A DNA stretch of 63,263 nucleotides, filler included, from Octopus bimaculoides (GCF_001194135.2; 5 parts of 5 records of this genome joined end to end with filler, not necessarily neighbours in it), one strand, 5' to 3'; positions 23,780-37,166 are shown, numbered from the whole stretch's first letter. Numbers and translations: made by a program. Notes: generated by a model from the letters alone, not told the origin.

Positions 23780-24708
23780 CATGTGTATACGTATATGTAT
23801 ATATNNNNNNNNNNNNNNNNNNNNNNNNNNNNNNNNNNNNNNNNNNNNNNNNNNNNNNNNNNNNNNNNNNNNNNNNNNNNNNNNNNNNNNNNNNNNNNNN
23901 NNNNNNNNNNNNNNNNNNNNNNNNNNNNNNNNNNNNNNNNNNNNNNNNNNNNNNNNNNNNNNNNNNNNNNNNNNNNNNNNNNNNNNNNNNNNNNNNNNNN
24001 NNNNNNNNNNNNNNNNNNNNNNNNNNNNNNNNNNNNNNNNNNNNNNNNNNNNNNNNNNNNNNNNNNNNNNNNNNNNNNNNNNNNNNNNNNNNNNNNNNNN
24101 NNNNNNNNNNNNNNNNNNNNNNNNNNNNNNNNTATATATATATATATATAAATATGTATAGTATATATATATAAATATGTATATATGAATATATATATAT
24201 ATATAAAGAAAATATATAAATATATATACAGAATATATATATATAAATTAAATATATACGTATACAATCTATATATATACAGTATATATGTATATACTGT
24301 ATATATACAGTATAAGACTTATTAATTATAAGATGTTTTTGGGCTAATTTCTGAAAAATCGGCATTTTTTTGTATTTGCTGCCGATAAGGTATTCCGCAC
24401 ATGCGCGGTAATTTTTGAAAAATTAGACATATATGCACAAGTCATGTTCTATATAGAGTGCCTCGTGCATGCATGTCGGTCTAGGCAATTCCGCTGATGC
24501 TAGTTGGTGTTGCAAAATAGTTTGTTTTGCTAAAATAACTTGAAACCTGGTTCGGAATATAGAGGGTAAATGTTTTTATTTTTCATTCCTTTCCGAAATT
24601 ATCCCTAATTTTGTGGTGTAGAGCTTTGGCTGGTCTTTTTAGCGGGTTAGATGTCCTTTTATGGGCATCTCTAATGTGTATTAAATGTACACTGTATTTT
24701 ATATACAA

Positions 24709-24871
24709 GGCGCAGGAGTGGCTGTGTGGTAAGTAGCTTGCCTACCAACCACATGGTTCCGGGTTCAGTCCCACTGCGTGGCACCTTGGGCAAGTGTCTT
24801 CTACTATAGCCTCGGGCCGACCAAAGCCTTGTGAGTGGATTTGGTACACGGAAACTGAAAGGAGCCCGTCG
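24709..24871 (+). mobile_element. SINE family A, 5' half (microsatellite runs into gap)
   Basis: Head close to the by-eye consensus. Confidence 0.9.
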
Positions 24872-25396
24872 TATATATGTATATATATATATATATNNNN
24901 NNNNNNNNNNNNNNNNNNNNNNNNNNNNNNNNNNNNNNNNNNNNNNNNNNNNNNNNNNNNNNNNNNNNNNNNNNNNNNNNNNNNNNNNNNNNNNNNNNNN
25001 NNNNNNNNNNNNNNNNNNNNNNNNNNNNNNNNNNNNNNNNNNNNNNNNNNNNNNNNNNNNNNNNNNNNNNNNNNNNNNNNNNNNNNNNNNNNNNNNNNNN
25101 NNNNNNNNNNNNNNNNNNNNNNNNNNNNNNNNNNNNNNNNNNNNNNNNNNNNNNNNNNNNNNNNNNNNNNNNNNNNNNNNNNNNNNNNNNNNNNNNNNNN
25201 NNNNNNNNNNNNNNNNNNNNNNNNNNNNNNNNNNNNNNNNNNNNNNNNNNNNNNNNNNNNNNNNNNNNNNNNNNNNNNNNNNNNNNNNNNNNNNNNNNNN
25301 NNNNNNNNNNNNNNNNNNNNNNNNNNNNNNNNNNNNNNNNNNNNNNNNNNNNNNNNNNNNNNNNNNNNATATACAAAATATATATCTACAGTATAT

Positions 25397-25720
25397 GAGA
25401 CCCCCCCCCCTTCGGTCATGACTGACCATGAGATTGCACCTAGAAAGTTACCCTCCGAGGCACAAGTACGGGCAAGGTTGTTTTCTGGAAGACAAGCAGT
25501 CTCCCCTCTCCACGCCACAAGTGTTATCCAAGAGAAAGGCAAAGGCCGATACAGCTTGGCACCTGTGACGTAGCAACTCATTTCTATAGCTGAGTGAACT
25601 GGAGCAACGTGAAATAAAGTGTCTTTCTCAAGAACACAACATGAAGCCCGGTCCGGGATTCGAATTCACAACCTCACGATCGTAAGCTCGACGCTCTAAC
25701 CACTGATCCATGCGCCTTCA
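25397..25720 (-). mobile_element. SINE family D, full length, with 11-bp target-site duplication
   Basis: CTACAGTATAT at 25386-25396 and 25721-25731. Confidence 0.92.
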
Positions 25721-25734
25721 CTACAGTATATGTT

Positions 25735-26103
25735 ACAAGACGGTGCCATATTGTTGCTATGTGATGCGAGTATGATTTATGTTGTGGGCGGATAGCACGG
25801 GGTCCAAGTCTTGGGTGTATCTTAAAGGCGATACCAACATCATTTGAGCAACGGTGATAGAATATTTTCCCCCATCATGCAGATGATGTAGCGCTCACGG
25901 CGGCGTCAGAGAGAATAAAGCTTGAGCTTTTCTAGTCGACCCCAATAGTCAAGGCTTGTCATGTCATCTATCGTTTATGTAATTGACTTTTGAGGTGCTT
26001 CAATTTTCATGATACTTTGTTTCGTGTGAGGAGACCACAGTAGACAACAGTATTCAAGGTGGAGTTGGGCAAAAGTAAAGAAGACAAGGATAATGTCGTG
26101 GAC
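25735..26103 (-). mobile_element. CR1/L2-like LINE, C-terminal ORF2 fragment
   Basis: HLEYCCLLWSPHTKQSIMKIEAPQK...LDYWGRLEKLKLYSL*RRRERY. Confidence 0.8.
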
Positions 26104-27048
26104 ATACATACATACATACATACATACACACACACATACATACATACATACATACACACACATACATACATACATACATACACACATACATACATACATA
26201 CACACATACATACATACATACATNNNNNNNNNNNNNNNNNNNNNNNNNNNNNNNNNNNNNNNNNNNNNNNNNNNNNNNNNNNNNNNNNNNNNNNNNNNNN
26301 NNNNNNNNNNNNNNNNNNNNNNNNNNNNNNNNNNNNNNNNNNNNNNNNNNNNNNNNNNNNNNNNNNNNNNNNNNNNNNNNNNNNNNNNNNNNNNNNNNNN
26401 NNNNNNNNNNNNNNNNNNNNNNNNNNNNNNNNNNNNNNNNNNNNNNNNNNNNNNNNNNNNNNNNNNNNNNNNNNNNNNNNNNNNNNNNNNNNNNNNNNNN
26501 NNNNNNNNNNNNNNNNNNNNNNNNNNNNNNNNNNNNNNNNNNNNNNNNNNNNNNNNNNNNNNNNNNNNNNNNNNNNNNNNNNNNNNNNNNNNNNNNNNNN
26601 NNNNNNNNNNNNNNNNNNNNNNNNNNNNNNNNNNNNNNNNNNNNNNNNNNNNNNNNNNNNNNNNNNNNNNNNNNNNNNNNNNNNNNNNNNNNNNNNNNNN
26701 NNNNNNNNNNNNNNNNNNNNNNNNNNNNNNNNNNNNNNNNNNNNNNNNNNNNNNNNNNNNNNNNNNNNNNNNNNNNNNNNNNNNNNNNNNNNNNNNNNNN
26801 NNNNNNNNNNNNNNNNNNNNNNNNNNNNNNNNNNNNNNNNNNNNNNNNNNNNNNNNNNNNNNNNNNNNNNNNNNNNNNNNNNNNNNNNNNNNNNNNNNNN
26901 NNNNNNNNNNNNNNNNNNNNNNNNNNNNNNNNNNNNNNNNNNNNNNNNNNNNNNNNNNNNNNNNNNNNNNNNNNNNNNNNNNNNNNNNNNNNNNNNNNNN
27001 NNNNNNNNNNNNNNNNNNNNNNNNNNNNNNNNNNNNNNNNNNNNNNNN

Positions 27049-27087
<39 letters not shown>

Positions 27088-27089
27088 TA

Positions 27090-29930
27090 TGCACAAATAC
27101 CTAGATGATGTTGATAAAAGTTCCAATGAAGAAGCCTTGAATCTATGTTAGAGTCCGGCTCTTTCTCTATGGACAAGAAATACAGAAATGAAACTGATTG
27201 ATAACATACATACAAGACAAAACAACAAATATGTATCAGCATCGTTTCTAAAAATAGGGACAAAAGGCCGCTGATAGTTACCGCATGCAAACAAAATGAA
27301 TAATTATAAATCTTACCAATAAAAGTTGCATAATAGAATAGGAACAATATTCGGAAGTAATAAGAAGAGAATATTTAAGCATAAATGGATCACCCGAAAA
27401 CAGGACTAAAATCTGTTAGAAGTTGTCGTCAGAAAAGAGTGTGTAAAAGGCAAAAGTTTAACAGGAAATTTACTTGAAATCAATAAGTTGTCTACAGGGA
27501 TGCAAGAAAGTCAATAAAAGTTACATCTCCTTCCAATGGAGATACGGACACTTTCTGAAGGAAAATCTCGAGTTAGGATACTGAGTTTAACCGGGATATA
27601 ATGTGGTTTGGGGATAACCGAAAGAAATATTTTCTTTACGTTGAATCAAAAGAATACAATATTGATGATGATATGACTAAGCTGAGAATCCGGGATAAGA
27701 AAGCATCAGGATTGATTTAATTGCCAGTTACTGGCGAAAACAAAACTAAACTATGGGGAATATATTATTGATCATTACTGGCAAGCTTTCAATAGGGATA
27801 TAAATATACAAAGTTACTGGCATTGGCAGAAATAAATTTTAAATCAAGAAACAAAGCCGCTCCGATGGCGAATAACTACCGACCAATTGCATGCCAGATT
27901 TTAATGTGTAAAATACATACGGTCAGTATGAACCCCCAGAATCACAATGATAGTAATCATATCACCACAGCTGATGAAGTATTTGGGAAGAAAACAGTTT
28001 GGAAATGTGCTGAGCAACTTCTAATCAATAAAAATGTGCCAGAAGTACAACTGCATAGGAGGAATTTAGCTATTGTCAGACAGGATTAGAAAACACATTT
28101 ATTTCTGTTCTTCACTTTTGGATGTTAGAACTTCGACTAATTAAAGTTCTAGGGACCATAATCAAAGCTATAGGCAGCTCTTAGCCCAGAACGAAGGAAG
28201 TACCTGGCTTCGTTTTGAACCAAAACCCTAAAGTTAAATACAGGAAATTATTGTACTGTCACTGTCACCTCCTTATTCTTTTGGGTAAGAAATTCTGAAT
28301 GATACGTAATTAGTTCACAAAGAGCCAAAAAATTCCACCAGCCTAACGTACAGCTTCCTTGTGCAAGACCTGGAGATATATGTCAAAAATATAAATGGGG
28401 GTGAAGAAGAGTCTTGATCTGGTTTAGATAACCACAAAGGGAAGTGGAGATGGAGTTTAGTCGATATGTTTCTAGTTGATCATAAAATGATGAGAATCTA
28501 TAAACCAGTCTAACATTTCTCATAATACCTAATTATTTCTCCAGCATCTGATTAAGAATATTATAGGTAACTAGGGGTGGATGAAAATATATCCTATGAT
28601 GAAATTCGTAACTAAAGAATATAAACCTCGGTAAAATTATAAGGTCTGCAGAGCCCCTGTATCTGTGCTTGTACCAATAATTTAGTCTACTTCATTGACA
28701 CAATCTGGGCTGCTGATGTTAATATTTAAAAGCTATTAATGACCACCAGATATATCCTCATCAACGATGATAATGACACCTTCTAACAAAAACAAAAATA
28801 AACAGGCAGAAATTTAATATCGATTCAAACCACCTTTGAATGTCGCAAGAAATCCCATTGACAACATCTACTTAATCTTCAAGACACAATATACATCCAT
28901 GGATCATGTTTGCATACAAAAAGCAAATAATATTATAAGAGTTAAAAAAATATTCATAGAAAAGTATTTCTCCATTGATAACCAGGGATACACATCCAAC
29001 GAAGTTGCGCGGATCTATCGGAACAAAACATCAAATAAAAGACTTTCAGTTTATCAGCAGAAGATTATGCATTCTTATGTCGTCAAAAAGCTTCAGAGTG
29101 ACAGTGAAATAGATAACCAACAACCAGTGTATTATCTCTCGGTTTGAAGGGTATACTTTTACAATCTCAGAACAAGAAATAACAAAATACCTGATGCATA
29201 AAAAGGATATAGATATGACAACCTGCGCAAGCACTGTGGAATTATCAGTAAATATATAACCTTCAGAATATTAAGCTGCCCAAAAATTTTATTACACTGT
29301 GATGTGCCAATGAGGAATGATGTCGTAGCCAAAACATTTTACAATGCAATTTGTAGAAAGAATAGTCTTGATGATCAAAATTTAAGAAACTACAATGATG
29401 CAAACGGCATAGTCACCTATAATAGAAAAAAAATTGAATACTGGTGGAATGCTCTCACCAAAACCCCTGTAAAATGTAGGCATAGCACACAAGACATAAA
29501 ATCTAGGCTAGAGAAGAGAGTATGTACGTTAGCAAAAATCAACTGTCCAGCAGATGTGGACATATCAGTTTCAAATTTTGGTACAAGGTCAATAATTTGT
29601 AGGGAGGAGGCAAGTCGATTAAATCGACCCCAGTGCTCCAGTAGTACTTATTTTATTGATCTCCTAAGAGTGAGAGGTAATGTCAACCTCGACGGAATTT
29701 GATCTCGGATGAAATACCGTTAAATATTTTGCCAGCTTGCCGCCTGAACGAATTAACGACAAATCTAAAGAAACTTCCCACAAACTATAAATTATATTTT
29801 TAGTTACTGGCCTACTTCGCTTCGTAACTAACTGCTTCAGCATTAGTTTTGAGAAGGTGGGATTCACAAAACCAGAAAGGCTAGTTAAGGAATAACAATA
29901 ATGGAAATGTTGAAATAAGTAAAGCATCTC
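27090..29930 (+). mobile_element. Long, heavily decayed R4/Dong-like LINE (RT to endonuclease region)
   Basis: NYRPIAC, EQLLINK, RRNL, VQDLEIY, MHSYVVKKL, RFEGYTF, MRNDVVAKTFYN, EYWWN; many stops and frameshifts; boundaries approximate. Confidence 0.75.
29568..29744 (-). mobile_element. SINE family B inserted in the decayed LINE
   Basis: Reverse complement of family B; LINE-like coding resumes after 29745. Confidence 0.8.
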
Positions 29931-30096
29931 TGACGTTTAACCTGCACTAGGTACATATACACACGTGTATAAATACATGTACATATGTTTATATGTCGAA
30001 ACATACAGATCCATACATGCATGGCATGTGTGCCTGCATACATGCATATGTGTGCAGATTCATACATATACAGTAATTATTATTTCATCTTTTCAG

Positions 30097-30119
30097 ATGA
30101 TCGCGAACAAGATAGATGA
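30097..30119 (+). CDS. Candidate microexon MIANKID(E); alternative donor at 30124 gives MIANKIDEL
   Basis: Acceptor tttcatcttttcAG; donors GTTAGT or GTGAGA. Confidence 0.3.
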
Positions 30120-30444
30120 GTTAGTGAGACTTCTGTTTCTCAAAGTTTTACAGTAGTATACGTTTGTGCGAATATCTTTAGTTATTATCCAGTGGCAAGC
30201 AAAAGCGTAATGAGAGGAAAATATTTCAACTACAGTCTTCTCCATGACATTTCCAATAAAAGTATACGCACAAACAGGTAGAAGTTTGATTTTGGAGTCT
30301 GCTGATTTTAAGTAGTTTTATGTTGTGCCTGTGCTCAAGCCGAGGACAGACACAACATTAAACGCGCTTTCAGAATATGTGAGATTGTACATACATTTAT
30401 ACACGTGTGTGTGTATACATTTTTGTATGTGTGTATACCTTTAT

Positions 30445-30497
<53 letters not shown>

Positions 30498-30727
30498 CAT
30501 TTATGTGTATATAAGTTGATGTATGCGAGTGTTTATTGCTAGAGTTTTCTTGTAACGGCTTTTCATCTAAAATCTAAAGAACAAAGATCTGCCCACGAGG
30601 CAATTTATTCTACGCCAGTCGCTATCCTGGCGAGAGGAATTTTAGGTTTCACCATCATCCGCATTATATTCTGAGCTAACTCTATACAGCCATTGCCCTG
30701 CGCTGATTTCATCCTTCATCTTAACAG

Positions 30728-30772
30728 GTTTTGCTTTCGTTCTAATGGGATTCTAGCAACCCTTTTCACCAG
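30728..30772 (+). CDS. Candidate 45-nt exon, FCFRSNGILATLFT (phase 2-2)
   Basis: Acceptor atccttcatcttaacAG, donor CAG/GTAAGC; one open frame. Confidence 0.33.
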
Positions 30773-31724
30773 GTAAGCCTGGTGAGGTTGCCGGTTTAAT
30801 TTCAAGTGACCCTACTCTTTAACAGCTTGTACTGGGTTACATGTTATCAGCAGCGCCATCCACGAACGACTTGGTTTTATATGTGTAAATACGTGTGCCT
30901 GTAAATGCGAGGGTATGCGTATGAGCATAATACATACGTGAATATATTCATACACATCCGCAAACATACACACATATATTAAAGTGCTCTTGCATATATA
31001 CATTATACATGCATGCATACATACATTTCAAAACTAAATTTGGAAGCTACTTAATGCAAGATCATCATAATCAAAAACAAATAATGTTGAGAACTGTAAA
31101 AATAATTTCCCTCGATAATTATCGAGACAATTTGTCTGTAATCTATCAAAATTTCCAATTTACTATTTGCCACATGAAGTTATTTATGTATTTGGTTCAC
31201 AACTGTAAGCAGGAATTTTCTTTTACATTCTACATTGACTGGTATTAAAATAGTGCATATTCTTAAGAATTCTGTCCTAACCAACAAAATATAGTAATGC
31301 TACGGCTTCTTTTCACTTGATTAATCTCTTTCATTTTTTCGCCAGAAAATCGTTTTATTATTTGGTCAGAAAATTATAGCCCTAAAGCATGGTATGATCT
31401 GCCAACAAGTGTAAAGAAATCTCAGACTTTAAAAATCAAAAACAAAATAATTTCTTTTCGCCTGATCGAAACCTGAAATAATGAAGGTGAATGGTGGAAA
31501 GGGTAAGCTTCTATATCTCTAGTTCTAAATCCCTGTAGGTATTTCGTTGTCTCTATGGACATGACACTTTTAAGTGTACATAGATAAATAAATTTATTTT
31601 TTTAGAAATGTGTACCTAAAAAGAGAGAGAGCAATCGTTTTATCTATTTCAAATTACACAAGTTTGAAACAAAACTGACATATTTAATATAAGACTCTAT
31701 TAAATAATTCAGTTCTAACTAGCT

Positions 31725-31990
31725 ACTTTGCTTGTTCTAAGATCCGTGACTGATAGTCGCGTGGTTTTCTATACATTGCGAGCTGGAGTGAATTCCTGCT
31801 ATCTATAGCGGCCGGGTGTTCACCACTGACGATGGGCACAAATAGCCCGAAACTGTTCGATCTGGTGATCCCGTCGTCTGCTAGAATATGGTAGGGGTTT
31901 GCTCCCCTGCTTGTCATATATACCAGATGCAGATTGCATCGATAAGCAACTGGAGGAGGCTCTTCCGGACGGTAGTAACATCGAAAAGCC
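31725..31990 (-). mobile_element. Decayed Penelope-like linker and GIY-YIG fragment
   Basis: PEEPPPVAYRCNLHLV, then frameshifted TVSGYLCPSSVV and Y-(I)-KTTRLS. Confidence 0.4.
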
Positions 31991-32012
31991 ATATCATATT
32001 AATATGGCGTTT

Positions 32013-32071
<59 letters not shown>

Positions 32072-32953
32072 ATACATATAGGGCGGCGAGCTAGCAGAAT
32101 CGTTAGNNNNNNNNNNNNNNNNNNNNNNNNNNNNNNNNNNNNNNNNNNNNNNNNNNNNNNNNNNNNNNNNNNNNNNNNNNNNNNNNNNNNNNNNNNNNNN
32201 NNNNNNNNNNNNNNNNNNNNNNNNNNNNNNNNNNNNNNNNNNNNNNNNNNNNNNNNNNNNNNNNNNNNNNNNNNNNNNNNNNNNNNNNNNNNNNNNNNNN
32301 NNNNNNNNNNNNNNNNNNNNNNNNNNNNNNNNNNNNNNNNNNNNNNNNNNNNNNNNNNNNNNNNNNNNNNNNNNNNNNNNNNNNNNNNNNNNNNNNNNNN
32401 NNNNNNNNNNNNNNNNNNNNNNNNNNNNNNNNNNNNNNNNNNNNNNNNNNNNNNNNNNNNNNNNNNNNNNNNNNNNNNNNNNNNNNNNNNNNNNNNNNNN
32501 NNNNNNNNNNNNNNNNNNNNNNNNNNNNNNNNNNNNNNNNNNNNNNNNNNNNNNNNNNNNNNNNNNNNNNNNNNNNNNNNNNNNNNNNNNNNNNNNNNNN
32601 NNNNNNNNNNNNNNNNNNNNNNNNNNNNNNNNNNNNNNNNNNNNNNNNNNNNNNNNNNNNNNNNNNNNNNNNNNNNNNNNNNNNNNNNNNNNNNNNNNNN
32701 NNNNNNNNNNNNNNNNNNNNNNNNNNNNNNNNNNNNNNNNNNNNNNNNNNNNNNNNNNNNNNNNNNNNNNNNNNNNNNNNNNNNNNNNNNNNNNNNNNNN
32801 NNNNNNNNNNNNNNNNNNNNNNNNNNNNNNNNNNNNNNNNNNNNNNNNNNNNNNNNNNNNNNNNNNNNNNNNNNNNNNNNNNNNNNNNNNNNNNNNNNNN
32901 NNNNNNNNNNNNNNNNNNNNNNNNNNNNNNNNNNNNNNNNNNNNNNNNNNNNN

Positions 32954-33694
32954 TGTCCCACCATTTCCGAGCTGTGGGCTTACGCCGAACAACTGCTATC
33001 GCGTGTGGGACGAGTCGGTCTATCAGCCGAGTCTATCGTGAATATTGTCGCGCCTCCTTCCTTTAAACGGGAAGGAAGAGCTATTTTCATCGTACTTGTG
33101 GCTGTGGCGAAAGAATGTGTATGGAGGACGCATCTGAAAGGTCTAGAGACAAAGACTTTCCTCTCTGGGCCATCTCTCATCAACTTCTTCAAGTATCACC
33201 TGAAGAGGAAGGTGAGAGTAGAAAGGGAAGTGTTGTCTAGTGAATGCTTCAAAAAAAGATGGGTGAATGTAGCAAGGATGGCACGTGTGAATGACCGAGC
33301 CACCTTGAGCATAACCCTATAAAGGAGTAAAAAAAAAATCTAGAAAAGAAATAAAAAGGCAAAAGAGAGTCACTTACTGTTATAGTATCTTCAATAATAA
33401 TGACAATACTGACCAAGGTTACCGTGGTCTTTTCCGTAGGCTTTTCTTTCCACGGCTAAACCTAAACTGTCCTCCACTTTTTACACGAGAACATTACTGT
33501 GATACACGATCCCTATTGATCGCTATTTTTTTCTTGATCCCTTTTGATCGAACTCCCCCCTTCTCCCTTCCTACGATCCCCTTTGATCGACACCCCCCTA
33601 CTTCCCTTTTTTTCCCTTCCCCCTCCCAAAAAGAAAAGTTCTACATTGCATTTGTCCCATCTTTGTTGAGCCCTGTGTGGCTAATAAAAGAAAT
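32954..33694 (+). mobile_element. L1/Tx1-like LINE 3' end (ORF2 C-terminus and 3' UTR), copy 1
   Basis: CPTISELWAYAEQLL...AKECVWRTHLKG...LINFFKYHLKRKVRVERE; UTR ends in AATAAAAGAAAT; matching copies at 34461 and 34988. Confidence 0.8.
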
Positions 33695-34114
33695 GTATCT
33701 TTGAGAACCTACCATGCAAACCCTTCTCCTGCCAGTCAGATAACTTTTGTTCTTTTTTCTGGTTTTTAACTTCGTTTGGTTTTCTGGTTTCACAATGTTT
33801 TGCTGTGACTCTAGCAGCTCTTAAACTTTTTTTCACTATTACCTACATAGGAGTCTATATTTACTCTAGCTAACTCCACGCACGCTTCTACTGATATTAG
33901 CCCTCTTCTACCTATCTTATTATTGATCCTCTGGATCAAAATTGAAATACAAAATTATAAAATTGAAACTTAAAGACTGATGATGTCATTCCATCAACGT
34001 GTGGACGCTGGTTGCTCTCGTTCATACTTTAAATTTAAATTTCCGTAATTTTGAATTTTTATCACTTCTTATTTTGAACTTGGTAAAGACAGACTTATTG
34101 TCGAAATATCGTTC

Positions 34115-34195
<81 letters not shown>

Positions 34196-34460
34196 AGTGA
34201 CGAGGTAGCAGAATCGTTAGTGCATCGAAAGAAATGTTTAGCAGTATTTCTTCTGGTTCTTTACGTTCTGTGTCCAAATCACGCCGAGGTCAACTTTACT
34301 TTGCATCCGTTTCGAGATTGGATAAAGTACCAGTGAAATACAGTGGTCAACGCAATCGACTTACAAAATTGCTGGCCTTACGCTAAAATGTGAAACAATT
34401 ATTGGCCCTCCAGCATGGCCGCAGTCAAATGACTGAAACAAGAAGAAGAATAAAAGAATA
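34196..34460 (+). mobile_element. SINE family B followed by a family A tail
   Basis: Family B body to about 34405, then CTCCAGCATGGCCGCAGTCAAATGACTGAAACAAG. Confidence 0.8.
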
Positions 34461-34890
34461 CTGAAAGGACTGAAGACAGACACTTTTCTCTTTAGCGAAA
34501 CCCTCATCAACTTTTTCAAGTTTCAATTGGAAACGAAACATATTGTGGAGAGGGAAGTGTTGCTTTCCAACTAATTTGGTTGTGAGTGGCAAGGATATTC
34601 CGAATGAACGCGCCTGCTCTGAACATGTGCCTGTAGATTGAGGGAGAAAAGGATAAGAAGAGGTCACTTGTCTTAGTAAGTAAAGGCGACTGTGGTTTTG
34701 TGGAATTCCCACGAGTAACTCTCGGAAATCTCCCCCTTTAGGGGGAATTATTAATTGCTAAAATTGTCTTGTCACTTCATTGTTTTTGTTATAAATATGT
34801 ACCTGTACGAACCCCTGTGTGTGTTTGCTTCTGTGTTGTACCAGTGTATTTTGTACCTTTCCTGCAGACTCATGAGGCCAATAAAGCAAT
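34461..34890 (+). mobile_element. L1/Tx1-like LINE 3' end, copy 2
   Basis: KGLKTDTFLFSETLINFFKFQLETKHIVEREVL aligns with copy 1. Confidence 0.75.
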
Positions 34891-34901
34891 TACTATTGTT
34901 G

Positions 34902-34971
<70 letters not shown>

Positions 34972-34987
34972 CCAATGCAGCTGCACC

Positions 34988-35537
34988 TAGTGTATAGTGA
35001 AGATTGACGCACCGCCTTCCTTTAACAGAGAATGGAGGCAGGCCTTTTTCTGCTTAGTAGTTACAGCAAAAGAGACTGTGTGGTGAACCCGGATGAAAGG
35101 TTTGAAGACAGGCACTTTCCTATCTGGCCAAGTACTCATAAATTTCTTCAAATATAATTTGAAGTGGAAGGTGAAGGTTGAGTATTTATCAAAAGGTGAT
35201 CGAGATTGGAAGTACTGTTGAGGCTGAATGGATCTACTCTACTCTGAGTATGCTTTTCTATTTTAGAAGGAAAGAAACTGCCTTGTGGAGGGCAGAGTAA
35301 TCCGGGACTTTTTGTGGGGTGTTACACCGAATTACTTTAAGTGGACTACTCCGCTATTGGGGATTCTATTTATTAATTATTTACTTGTCTAATTTCTATT
35401 TAGATATCCTTTTCTTACATCCTTATTGTTGTAGTGTCTTCCTTTGATCGATGTAAATCTCACTGGCTTTGTGTGTTATAACTCGTCCTTTGATATTGTC
35501 CTCCATGTCTTAGGCCCTTGTGGCCAATTAAAGAAAT
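34988..35537 (+). mobile_element. L1/Tx1-like LINE 3' end, copy 3
   Basis: SIVKIDAPPSFNRE...AKETVW*TRMKGLKTGTFLSGQVLINFFKYNLK; tail GGCCCTTGTGGCCAATTAAAGAAAT. Confidence 0.8.
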
Positions 35538-35578
35538 TATTATTATTATTATTATTATTATCATTATTATTATTATTA

Positions 35579-35668
<90 letters not shown>

Positions 35669-35669
35669 A

Positions 35670-35890
35670 GGCGGTGAGCTAGCAGAATCGTTTGCTCGCC
35701 GGGTGAAATGCTTAGCGGTATTTCGTCCGTCTTTTCGTTCTGAGTTCAAATTCCGCCGAAGTCGACTTTACCTTTCATCCTTTCGGGGTCGATTAAATAA
35801 GAACCAGTTACGCACCGGAGTCGATGTAGTTGATTTAATCCCTTCCCCCAATTATGAGGTCTTGTACTTCCACTAGAAAGGATTATTATT
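35670..35890 (+). mobile_element. SINE family B, full length
   Basis: GGCGGTGAGCTAGCAGAATCG...GAGTTCAAATTCCGCCGAAGTCGAC. Confidence 0.9.
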
Positions 35891-36022
35891 AGTATTATTG
35901 TTGTTGTTGTTATTATTATTATTTGCAAAAATTGTTATGAATGAAACAGTTTTTGAGTCTCGTTCTTCAGTCTTTTGTTATATCTCGGAGTATATGTCAG
36001 CTAACTTAGTTCTCTGCTTTAG

Positions 36023-36046
36023 GTTTATTGCCTCTATAATGGCCTG
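36023..36046 (+). CDS. Candidate 24-nt microexon (FIASIMA in phase 2, or VYCLYNGL in phase 0)
   Basis: Branch-point-like CTAAC, acceptor ttctctgctttAG, donor GTATAA. Confidence 0.28.
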
Positions 36047-37017
36047 GTATAAATAGCATATTAGATCAGATGATATGGTTGAAATATTCAAGATAGTCAT
36101 TATACTACATCTGTTCACTTTACTTTAAATTTGTATTAATAAATCTATCAATAGATAGATCGATCTCTTATATCTATATATTCAATTCATTTATCTATTT
36201 ATCTATTTATATTCATATTTTTATCAAAACATATGAATATACTTTCTACAGAATAAAGTAATATTCCTATTTAAATCTGAAATTTGCATTACAAATCCCG
36301 AAACTTTATATTATTTCAATCAAAATTTATTACAAGCTATATTGCTCAACTCGATAAGCAAAACATTGATTCTTGCAGCGATATAGATGTGTCAAAAGGG
36401 TTGTTTCCAGACAGTTTTGAATTAATGATTGATTGATTGATAAGACTTAGAGTTGATAAGATAAAATATTTTAATGAAAGGACATTGATTATAAAGTTTG
36501 AATTGCAAGTTGAGTGGTAAGGCTGGTTGTAAAGTTCACCTAAAAAATGTATCTGCCAAATAAGTGTGGTGATGGTAAAGTTAAAATAGTTATGAGCACC
36601 AGGGAAAAATACCCTAGGTCAACCCTCTACGTTAGTTAAGATTGATATGGGGAATCATATTTCTAGTTGTTATTCATTTATTCATCTATTATTTAGTCAA
36701 AGGAAGTGTGTGTGTGTGAAACCGAAAAACAGGATAGATTTTAAAAAGGTATCTAATACCCGCTACATTTATGAACAACAGAAAACAGCAAAAAGAAAGG
36801 CAAAAAGAAAATACAAAGAGCAGCTAAATGTTTATGTTGTTAAATTTGTTTATAATCTCTATGAATTGGAAGATCTTATTTATGATTAGCAGATCCTTGA
36901 GAATAATTTTAACCTCCAGGCTTGGTAACCATTTGAAGACAGTTTTCGAAATGTCCTCCCCCACACTCTCTCTCTCTCTCTTTTTCTCTCTCTCTCCTTC
37001 TCTCTCTCTCTCTCTTT

Positions 37018-37049
<32 letters not shown>

Positions 37050-37064
37050 ACTCACTCACTCACT

Positions 37065-37166
<102 letters not shown>

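Noticed and set aside
34637-34675. Apparent 39-nt exon with GTAAGT donor
   Set aside because: It lies at the ORF2 end and 3' UTR of the Tx1-like LINE copy 2.
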